Assembly: GCF_009557235.1 (NCBI RefSeq)
Contig: NZ_CP045650.1
Coordinates: forward strand, 1,290,001-1,322,000
From: Acinetobacter wanghuae
GTDB taxonomy: Bacteria; Pseudomonadota; Gammaproteobacteria; Pseudomonadales; Moraxellaceae
Direction of reading: 5' to 3'
DNA length: 32,000 nucleotides
The notes below the pieces were generated by a model, which searched no databases, was not told the origin of the DNA, and saw only the letters and a list, made by a program, of their open reading frames with translations. Made by a program: the position numbers and the translations under genes. Below, piece after piece: positions 25,207 through 32,000 of the stretch; the stretch's first letter is position 1, and every line of letters starts with the position of its first letter.

Positions 25207-25845
25207 ATGAATATGACAAATTTAAGCAATATTGTGGAAATCTTAGCGAAGCAAGCGATGGGTCATCAAGCGAATCCATCTTCTAACAGCTCACAAGCAC
25301 AAGGTGGTTTGGGCGGAATCTTAGGTTCTGTATTGGGGCAGTTGGGTGGTGGTTCAACTCAGAATAATCAGCAAGGTGGCTTGGGTGGGATTTTAGGTTC
25401 TGTACTTGGACAGTTAGGCGGGAGCAATCAACAAGCATCGCCAAATATGGGCGCTAAAGGTGGATCTACAGGTAAGACTTTATTGATTGCGGTTTTACCG
25501 ATTGTTCTTGCATGGATTCAAAAACAAGGCGGTATTCAGGGTGCTTTGGATAAACTCAAGGGGCAAGGTCTAAGCAGTCAGGTGGATGATTGGGTGTCTA
25601 CAGGTCCGGGCGATAATGCCAGTGTTCAGCCACAGCAAGTGCAAAGTTTATTTGATGATCAAGAGATTGAACAAGTCGCAGCACAAACTCAAGCACCTAA
25701 AAATGATATTTACCAAGCGATCACGCAAGTGCTGCCTGAAATTATTGATTCGTTAACCCCAAGTGGTGAAAAAACCAATAAGCAAGAAGCCAATGATGAT
25801 ATTCAAAATGTTTTAAATATGGTATCAGGTTTTCTGAAAAAATAA
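25207..25845 (+). CDS. YidB/DUF937-like protein with Gly-rich repeats
   Basis: The C-terminal part (VDDWVSTGPGDNASVQPQQVQSLF...QVLPEIIDSLTPSG) resembles the YidB/DUF937 pattern. The N-terminal part has two GGLGGILGSVLGQLGG repeats. The start could instead be the ATG at 25213. Confidence 0.7.
   Translation: MNMTNLSNIVEILAKQAMGHQANPSSNSSQAQGGLGGILGSVLGQLGGGSTQNNQQGGLGGILGSVLGQLGGSNQQASPNMGAKGGSTGKTLLIAVLPIVLAWIQKQGGIQGALDKLKGQGLSSQVDDWVSTGPGDNASVQPQQVQSLFDDQEIEQVAAQTQAPKNDIYQAITQVLPEIIDSLTPSGEKTNKQEANDDIQNVLNMVSGFLKK
25300..25422 (+). repeat. In-frame 72-nt tandem duplication inside the YidB-like gene
   Basis: Copy 1 starts at 25300 and copy 2 at 25372. The shared 17 codons (QGGLGGILGSVLGQLGG) differ at 10 of 51 nt in 9 codons, and every difference is synonymous. 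Confidence 0.9.
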
Positions 25846-25858
25846 TGCTGCATCGCCG

Positions 25859-25888
25859 ACATTCTGGCCTTTAGGCTGGGATGTTTTA
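25859..25888 (+). terminator. Weak hairpin terminator after the YidB-like gene
   Basis: ACATTCTGGCC-ttta-GGCTGGGATGT forms an 11-bp stem that includes 3 G-U pairs, followed by TTTAAT. It overlaps the stop codon of the convergent yqiJ-like gene. Confidence 0.35.
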
Positions 25889-26500
25889 ATCTTGCGCTAA
25901 ACTAAATAGTCGATTGGATGGGCTGATTTTCTTGGCAATGTAATGTGATTTGCGTAGGCGAATCAAAATAATTTGTGATTGAATTTCAAGCTCACCAAAT
26001 TCGGGTTCTACGTGTACATAGTGCAATTGACCAAATTCATCTCTGACACGTGCTTGCGCTGAAAAACCGGGGCGTGCGCTACCACTCGAGATGGTTGCTA
26101 ATCTGCCGAGTAAATTGACATGAGTTTTCTTGTATTTGGGTGGAATAACCTGATCAAGGCAATGAATCATAAATACGGTAAAGAAAATAGCAATAATCAG
26201 CGCTGGAATAATTAAATAATAAGCAGGAAAAAATTCTTGTTCTTGGGAATAGACAAAAAATTGTAAAACATAACCCGCATAACTAAAGTTCATGAGCAGG
26301 AACAAAATAATCAAGCTTTTGGAAAACTTTACATTTAATAAGGGCAGATGTTCTAAACGACTTGGCGCAAACTTTTTAATAAATTGACTTGGACGGAGTT
26401 TGAGGTAAAAACCAATGGTTTCGACCACGCCTAACAAAATTACGGTCATTAAGCTTAAATGAAATGGCATTAAGTCATAATTCAGTAAAAATGCAGGCAT
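25886..26500 (-). CDS. YqiJ-family (DUF1449) inner-membrane protein with a C-terminal OB-like domain
   Basis: Several TM segments are followed by RDEFGQLHYVHVEPEFGELE, which resembles E. coli YqiJ [20 protein letters not shown]. The ORF-track start at 26506 is TTG, so the ATG at 26500 was chosen. Confidence 0.7.
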   Translation of the reverse strand: MPAFLLNYDLMPFHLSLMTVILLGVVETIGFYLKLRPSQFIKKFAPSRLEHLPLLNVKFSKSLIILFLLMNFSYAGYVLQFFVYSQEQEFFPAYYLIIPALIIAIFFTVFMIHCLDQVIPPKYKKTHVNLLGRLATISSGSARPGFSAQARVRDEFGQLHYVHVEPEFGELEIQSQIILIRLRKSHYIAKKISPSNRLFSLAQD

Positions 26501-26517
26501 GATCAATATCCATTTAA

Positions 26518-26841
26518 TTATTCTGTGAGGTAAATTCCACCATCAGAATGAACGTTAATTGCCACTTTTTCAAGTGCTTGACCTTGGCAAGGACCCGAAA
26601 TACATTCACCAGTTTCAACCGTGAATAATGCACCATGCGTTGAGCACTCAATAAACTCTTGATCACGATCTAAAAACTGGTTCTCAAGAAATTCAAGTTC
26701 AACTTGTAAATGCGGACACAGGTTCTGATAGGCGTAAAAGCTGCCATCACGTTGTGTAATAAAAATGATATCGCCTTCAGGTGTTTCAAACGCGCGTGCT
26801 TCACGCTCAGGGATATCATCGGTCATGCACAATTTAAACAT
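26518..26841 (-). CDS. Small Rieske [2Fe-2S] domain protein
   Basis: CPH-x21-CSTH ligand motif, followed by TGECISGPCQG. The ATG at 26841-26839 overlaps the upstream stop codon (TAATG), which argues for this start over the ORF-track start at 26850. Confidence 0.8.
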   Translation of the reverse strand: MFKLCMTDDIPEREARAFETPEGDIIFITQRDGSFYAYQNLCPHLQVELEFLENQFLDRDQEFIECSTHGALFTVETGECISGPCQGQALEKVAINVHSDGGIYLTE

Positions 26842-27845
26842 TAAGCACATTCCTTTTGAAAGTCCGTCAGTAGAGCAGCATAGTCACGAATCGCTAAGCG
26901 TGGACCATACTGTGAAACCACTTGACTAGAGATTAAAATCGCAAGTTCTGCTGCGGTATTAAATCCTAAGCCAGCATTTAAAGCATAAAGGAATGCACCT
27001 GCGAATGCATCACCCGCACCATTGGTATCAACTGCAATCACAGCACGACCCGGGACATTAAAGGTCTGTTCTTGGGTCGAAATTAGGGCACCGCTTGATG
27101 ATAATGTAATGACAACGTGTTGGCTTAATGTTTTGAGTTTCGCTAAAGCTGCATCAATGTGATCCGTTTGGGTATACATGAGCGCTTCTTGCTCGTTGCA
27201 GAACAATAAATCCACACCTTCTGCAATCATTTCATCTAAGCCTGTACGCGCATATTGCACCATTGCAGGATCAGAAAGCGTTATTGCGATTTGAACACCA
27301 TTGGCTTTGGCAATCTCACGTGCTTGTTTAACTGCAAGACGTGCAGAGTCAGACGTTGATAAATAGCCTTCAATATACAGCCATTTTGCAGTCTTTAACG
27401 GCTCGAAATCGATTTGTTGTTCGGTAAGCTCTGCGGTAATCCCCAAATAAGTATGCATTGTGCGTTCAGAATCTTCACTGACCAATACCATACAGGTACC
27501 AGTGACACCCTCACTGATCGATTTTGTAGTTGTCGCAATATTGGCTTCATTTAAACCATCAAGGTACACTTGACCGAGCTCATCATTGCCGACACGGCAC
27601 GCGTAAAATGCTGAACCACCAAGGGCTGAAAATGCTACAGTGGTATTGGCCGCCGAACCACCCGAAGCTTGACCTTTATAGACTTGGCTTGCTTTTAAAT
27701 GTTTAAATAAATGAGATTGAATTTCACCATCGCAAAGCTGCATCGTACCTTTTTGCAAATTTTGTGCAGTTAAAAAGTCATCTGAAACTTTAAATTCTTG
27801 GTCAATTAGTGCATTACCAATTGCAAAAAGATCAACATTTGCCAT
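26841..27845 (-). CDS. PfkB-family kinase (adenosine-kinase-like)
   Basis: Contains GGSAANT and the PfkB signature DTNGAGDAFAGAFLY. The ORF-track start at 27857 is GTG, so the ATG at 27845 (MANVDLFAIGNALID) was chosen. Confidence 0.85.
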   Translation of the reverse strand: MANVDLFAIGNALIDQEFKVSDDFLTAQNLQKGTMQLCDGEIQSHLFKHLKASQVYKGQASGGSAANTTVAFSALGGSAFYACRVGNDELGQVYLDGLNEANIATTTKSISEGVTGTCMVLVSEDSERTMHTYLGITAELTEQQIDFEPLKTAKWLYIEGYLSTSDSARLAVKQAREIAKANGVQIAITLSDPAMVQYARTGLDEMIAEGVDLLFCNEQEALMYTQTDHIDAALAKLKTLSQHVVITLSSSGALISTQEQTFNVPGRAVIAVDTNGAGDAFAGAFLYALNAGLGFNTAAELAILISSQVVSQYGPRLAIRDYAALLTDFQKECA

Positions 27846-28104
27846 GTTTGAAATCACATCAAAAGAATGAAAGGCTTAAGTTTACACCAATGTTTTAGCA
27901 AGCTGTAGAGAGCCGCCTGATTTTAAAATGCGTTCTATTTATATCGCTTAGCGTTGTTTCTGATATTTAGTTTAATAATCACATTTTTTTAGCATTTAAA
28001 GCCGCTTGCCATTGCATTGTAGTGCTTATTTTATTTATAACTAAGCTTCATTTTTATTTCATTTATAAAAATGATTTCACTAAAACAAATTTAGTAGTGT
28101 GAAT

Positions 28105-28557
28105 ATGGATATTAAAATCGTAAAAGCTGAACAACTCCCAGAGCAAATCGAGACATTGGCAAAGCTCGCCCGTAAAGAAGGTTATGATTTAATTGATAAG
28201 CTTATAGAGGAATATCACACCGGGAAAAACTGTTTTAGTCATGAAAATGAATATCTAGCCTTGGCATATGATGGCGACAAGTTGGTCGCATGTGGTGGTT
28301 TAAACCAGCAATGGGGTGATCATGTGGTGGAGGCGAGAATAGGACGCGTGCGTCGCTGTTATGTGCATCCGAAATATCGTCAACACGGTGTTGGTAAACA
28401 ATTACTTGCGTTTTTAGAGCAATTGGCACGTCCGCATTATTCGGCTTTATGCTTGCATACCGATACCAAGCTTGCGGCAAGCTTTTATCAAAAGCAAAAC
28501 TATGTCTTTGTCGAAAATCATCCAAACTACAATTATTTTAAATATTTGATTTCTTAA
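28105..28557 (+). CDS. GNAT-family N-acetyltransferase
   Basis: Acetyl-CoA-binding motif A is present: RRCYVHPKYRQHGVGKQLL. The ORF-track start at 28099 is GTG, so the ATG at 28105 was chosen. The RBS is weak either way. Confidence 0.8.
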   Translation: MDIKIVKAEQLPEQIETLAKLARKEGYDLIDKLIEEYHTGKNCFSHENEYLALAYDGDKLVACGGLNQQWGDHVVEARIGRVRRCYVHPKYRQHGVGKQLLAFLEQLARPHYSALCLHTDTKLAASFYQKQNYVFVENHPNYNYFKYLIS

Positions 28558-28593
28558 TCTCATGATTTAATTTCGTTACAGTCTAGAGATCAG

Positions 28594-28624
28594 ACTTGAT
28601 GATTGCCATGCTCAATCATCAAGT
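28594..28624 (+). terminator. Hairpin downstream of the GNAT gene (probable terminator, short U-tract)
   Basis: ACTTGATGATTG (28594-28605) pairs with CAATCATCAAGT (28613-28624), a 12-bp perfect stem with a 7-nt loop, followed by TTTAC. Confidence 0.55.
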
Positions 28625-28726
28625 TTACCTAATTCGATCAAAATGCTTGGTTTTGAGCGTGAATATTCTGAATAACTACCGCTATAATGTTATCAGTTAA
28701 TATTGAATCAAAAATTAGGAGATCGC

Positions 28727-31666
28727 ATGACTGTAGATGTCACTGAAACCATTTCTCACACTGTTCACCCTGCGTTTCAGTTGGTACGTCAACACCATGT
28801 TGAAGCTTTAGACATTGCGGTGTCTGAATATAAACATAAAGTGACTGGCGCCATTCACTATCATTTGGCGACAAATCACGACGAAAATGTCTTTTTAGTT
28901 GCATTTCGTACGCAACCGATGGATTCAAAAGGCGAAGCGCATATTTTGGAGCACACAGCGCTGTGTGGTTCTGAAAAATTTCCTGTTCGAGACCCGTTTT
29001 TCTTAATGATTCGTCGCTCGCTGAATACATTTATGAATGCATTTACAGCGGCAGATTGGACGGCATATCCATTTGCAACACAAAATGCGAAAGATTTCCA
29101 AAACTTACTTGAAGTTTATATGGATGCTGCATTTGCAGCGAATCTGAATCCGCTTGATTTTGCGCAAGAAGGCATTCGTATTGAGCTTGAAAATGGCGAA
29201 CCTGTTTATAAAGGTGTCGTTTTCAATGAAATGAAAGGTGCAATGAGTTCACCTTCAGATCAGCTCTATCATTCATTAGCGCATCATTTATTCCCAACCA
29301 CGACCTATCATTACAACTCAGGCGGTGATCCGAAAGACATTCCTGATTTGACTTACGAAGAATTATTACATTTCTATAAATCGCATTATCATCCTAGTAA
29401 TGCCGTGTTCATGACCTTCGGTAATCAAAGTGCTTATGATCTACAAGAGCAGTTTGAAACGCTAGCATTATCAAAATTCGACAAAGGCGAAACCCTATAT
29501 TCAATTCCTGAAACACGCTTAAGTGCACCTATTGCGGTCACAGATACTTATGCGGTAGATGGGGATGATCTTAAAGACAAGACTTATCATGTGCTTTCAT
29601 GGTTATTGCCTGAAGCGAGCGAAATTAAACTACGTTTAGGCATGCGTTTGGTTGAGGGGATATTGTTAGAGGATTCAGCTTCGCCATTGCGTCATTATCT
29701 AGAAACCTGTGGTTATGCAGAAGCGACTGGTCCATTCATGGGCGTGGATGATTCAAACTTTGAAATGACCTTCTATTGTGCTGTACAAGGCTCAAATCCT
29801 GAACATGCTGAAGAGTTCAAACAAGGCGTATTTAACATCCTTGAAGATGTAGCTTCTAAACCCGTCGATCAAAACATGGTGGATGCGATTTTGCATCAAA
29901 TTGAATTGCATCAACGTGAAATCAATGGCGATGGCACACCGTACGGCTTGAGCTTGATTTTGAATGGTTTAGGTAGTGCAATTCATCATCGCGATCCAGT
30001 TGAAGTGTGGGATGTGGATTCTGCGATTGCTGCGGTGAAAGAAGAACTCAAAGATCCAATGTGGCTATCCAATTTAATCAAAACACATTTGATTGATAAT
30101 CCACATCGCGTACAGCTGACTTTAGTACCGGATGCTGAAAAATCGGCTAAAGACATTGCCGATGAAAAAGCACGTTTGGCTGAAATTGGTAAAAATCTAA
30201 CTGAAGCACAAAAAGCGGACATTATTGCGCAAACTGAAGCACTCAATGTCCGTCAAGATACACCTGATGATTTGAATTTATTGCCGAAAGTGGGCTTGGA
30301 AGATGTGCCGGCTGAATTGCAAATTGTGCAAGGTCAACTGCGTGAAATCATCTCAAACCAAACGGATACGCCGTTGAATTTGTATCATGCAGGTACCAAT
30401 GGGATTTACTACCAACAAGTGCTCGTACAAATTCCAGATGAAGTGGTGCAATCGCCGTATTTCAACCTCTTGTCGATTTTGGTCGGTGAAGTCGGTGCTG
30501 GAGAATATGACTATCTCACTTTCCAACAGCTACAAACAGCGGTCAGTGGTGGTCTAGGAATGGGTGCATCATTGCGTTCAAAAGTGGATGATAAACATAA
30601 GATCACCGCTTGGTTAACCTTAACCACAAAATCATTGGTGAATAACTTAGAAGCCATTCAATTGCTTAAAACAGGCTTTGAAAAGCTTCGTTTTGATGAA
30701 AAAGATCGCATCATTGAGTTATTGCAACAACGTAAAACCCGTTGGCAATCGCGTGTATCTGGCTCAGGTCATAGCTATGCAATGCAAATTGCATCACGTC
30801 ATCATAGTGCTTTGGCATTACGTGATTATAAAAATACTGGCTTAGGTGCATTGAATTGGTTGGTTGATTTAGTCAATAAGATTGAACAAGATGATGCGGC
30901 CTATGAAGCGCTCATTACTGAGCTTAAAGCCATTCATCGTATATTGCTGCAAGCACCAAAACAGTTCTTGGTGGTGTGTGAAGAACCACAATCGGATCGT
31001 TTAGTTGCTGAAGTTCAAGACGTTTGGGACAAAGTTGACATTGAACAAACACCTGTGACTTTAACTCAAGTGAATCATGTTGTCGGAACACAAGATGAAG
31101 CGTGGTTAGTTCAAGCCAATGTGCAGTTCTGTGCGGCTGCGTATCCTGTGGTAGAAGTTTCACACCCAGATGCAGCACCTTTAATGGTTCTGGCTGCTTA
31201 TTTGCGTAATGGTTTCTTGCATAGCGCTATTCGTGAAAAAGGTGGTGCATACGGTGGTGGCGCGAGCTACGATGGTAATGCATGTTCATTCCGATTCTAT
31301 AGCTATCGTGATCCACGTTTAGCAGAAACTTTCCAAGACTTTGACGCAAGTTTGGACTGGATTATGAATGCACCACAACTCGAACATCAGCTTGAAGAAG
31401 CGATTTTAGGGCTGATTGCGGGTATGGATAAGCCAGGTTCACCTGCAGGTGAAGCAATTACCGCATGTTATGCTTATCTACATAAACGCACGCCAGCATT
31501 CCGTAAGCAAATGCGTGAACGTTTACTCGCTGTCACTTTAGATGACTTGAAACGAGTGGCGGAAACCTATTTAGTGAAACAAACAGCATCAAAAGCTGTG
31601 GTTGCACCCATGGCAAAACGTGAAACTTTAGAACAACTCGGATTTGTGATTCAACAAGTCCAATAA
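28727..31666 (+). CDS. M16C-family zinc metalloprotease (PreP/insulinase-like)
   Basis: Contains the inverted zincin motif HILEHTALCGS plus FPVRDPFF...NAFTAADWTAYPF, typical of presequence-protease-like enzymes of about 980 aa. AGGAG lies 7 nt upstream of the ATG at 28727. The ORF-track start at 28703 is TTG. Confidence 0.9.
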   Translation: MTVDVTETISHTVHPAFQLVRQHHVEALDIAVSEYKHKVTGAIHYHLATNHDENVFLVAFRTQPMDSKGEAHILEHTALCGSEKFPVRDPFFLMIRRSLNTFMNAFTAADWTAYPFATQNAKDFQNLLEVYMDAAFAANLNPLDFAQEGIRIELENGEPVYKGVVFNEMKGAMSSPSDQLYHSLAHHLFPTTTYHYNSGGDPKDIPDLTYEELLHFYKSHYHPSNAVFMTFGNQSAYDLQEQFETLALSKFDKGETLYSIPETRLSAPIAVTDTYAVDGDDLKDKTYHVLSWLLPEASEIKLRLGMRLVEGILLEDSASPLRHYLETCGYAEATGPFMGVDDSNFEMTFYCAVQGSNPEHAEEFKQGVFNILEDVASKPVDQNMVDAILHQIELHQREINGDGTPYGLSLILNGLGSAIHHRDPVEVWDVDSAIAAVKEELKDPMWLSNLIKTHLIDNPHRVQLTLVPDAEKSAKDIADEKARLAEIGKNLTEAQKADIIAQTEALNVRQDTPDDLNLLPKVGLEDVPAELQIVQGQLREIISNQTDTPLNLYHAGTNGIYYQQVLVQIPDEVVQSPYFNLLSILVGEVGAGEYDYLTFQQLQTAVSGGLGMGASLRSKVDDKHKITAWLTLTTKSLVNNLEAIQLLKTGFEKLRFDEKDRIIELLQQRKTRWQSRVSGSGHSYAMQIASRHHSALALRDYKNTGLGALNWLVDLVNKIEQDDAAYEALITELKAIHRILLQAPKQFLVVCEEPQSDRLVAEVQDVWDKVDIEQTPVTLTQVNHVVGTQDEAWLVQANVQFCAAAYPVVEVSHPDAAPLMVLAAYLRNGFLHSAIREKGGAYGGGASYDGNACSFRFYSYRDPRLAETFQDFDASLDWIMNAPQLEHQLEEAILGLIAGMDKPGSPAGEAITACYAYLHKRTPAFRKQMRERLLAVTLDDLKRVAETYLVKQTASKAVVAPMAKRETLEQLGFVIQQVQ

Positions 31667-31685
31667 AATCATAAAAGGATAAGGG

Positions 31686-32000
31686 ATGGCGCTTAAAATT
31701 TTTAAGCGCTCGACTTCAGTACTTGGCGTGACGCTGAGTACTTTTGTTGCAGCGCAGACGTATGCGGAAAATGTATCAAAAACCACGTTGAATGACAGCC
31801 CGATGCCAGCAACGGCTGAAGCGTGCGCAGCGGTGGAAACCAATGCTGAGCGATTGGCGTGTTATGATCGCGTGTTTAAGATGCCCGAAGTTGATATGCC
31901 ATCATTGGTGTCTGAGCGTCGTGCTGCTGCTGAATTAGCGCCTGAACCTGAAACGATTACAGGTAAAATTGGGCAAGCAGTATCCAATATTTATGCTGCT
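31686..32000 (+). CDS. 5' fragment of a secreted/outer-membrane protein (possibly phospholipase A-like); runs off the window
   Basis: The ATG has AAGGA 6 nt upstream. The frame is open for all 105 codons to the window edge. The N-terminus is signal-peptide-like (MALKIFKRSTSVLGVTLSTFVAAQTYA/EN), followed by C-x10-RLACYD. The product guess is from memory only. Confidence 0.6.
   Translation, partial: MALKIFKRSTSVLGVTLSTFVAAQTYAENVSKTTLNDSPMPATAEACAAVETNAERLACYDRVFKMPEVDMPSLVSERRAAAELAPEPETITGKIGQAVSNIYAA

Noticed and set aside
294-28727. N-terminal extensions proposed by the ORF track (trmA 1394, putA 5329, hscB 17163, iscS 19367, iscR 19767, SCP2-like 20528, phasin 20683, yqiJ 26506, Rieske 26850, PfkB 27857, GNAT 28099, M16C 28703).
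   Set aside because: Most of these begin at TTG, GTG or upstream codons that would overlap the neighbouring gene, or that add residues absent from well-known homologues. Internal ATGs with better RBS context or homology support were used instead.
1-32000. A window-wide check for CRISPR arrays, IS elements or transposase genes, integrases, prophage genes, toxin-antitoxin pairs, and tRNA/rRNA genes.
   Set aside because: No regularly spaced direct repeats were seen. No transposase- or integrase-like ORFs were seen, and no terminal inverted repeats flanking a compositional island. Every large ORF has a housekeeping or conserved-hypothetical identity.

Overview
The window reads as conserved chromosomal backbone of a low-GC gammaproteobacterium. 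Protein sequences and gene order look Acinetobacter/Moraxellaceae-like, but that is judged by eye and has not been searched. Gene order is: trmA(-), putA(-), Lrp/AsnC regulator(+), putP(-), a 666-bp ORF-free AT-rich gap, a 119-aa orphan(+), mfd(+), HIT protein(+), membrane class III adenylate cyclase(+). Next comes the complete isc operon on the minus strand (iscR-iscS-iscU-iscA-hscB-hscA-fdx). It is followed by an SCP2/UbiJ-like protein(-), phasin(+), hupB(+), ppiD(+), a Cys-rich DUF2797-like protein(-), a 156-aa unknown(+) and a YidB/DUF937-like protein(+). The window ends with a tight minus-strand PfkB kinase-Rieske-YqiJ operon, a GNAT acetyltransferase(+), an M16C/PreP-like metalloprotease(+) and the 5' end of a secreted protein(+). 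I found no rRNA, tRNA, CRISPR array, IS element, integrase, prophage or recognisable defence island, so I cannot honestly claim a clear-cut novel system. Six places look uncharacterised and worth follow-up. (1) The HIT + class IIIb cyclase pair, whose leader carries a CRP/Vfr-like box next to a 20-bp perfect palindrome. (2) The zinc-ribbon DUF2797-like protein, which may contain a GIY-YIG/T5orf172-like core, and its head-to-head partner gene. (3) The translationally coupled PfkB kinase-Rieske-YqiJ operon, which has no flotillin partner. (4) The SCP2-like/phasin divergent pair. (5) The AT-rich gap plus orphan ORF upstream of mfd. (6) Structured intercistronic elements inside the isc operon. Several ORF-track starts (TTG/GTG or upstream ATG) were trimmed to better-supported internal ATGs. 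All homology calls rest on motifs recognised by eye, not on database searches.
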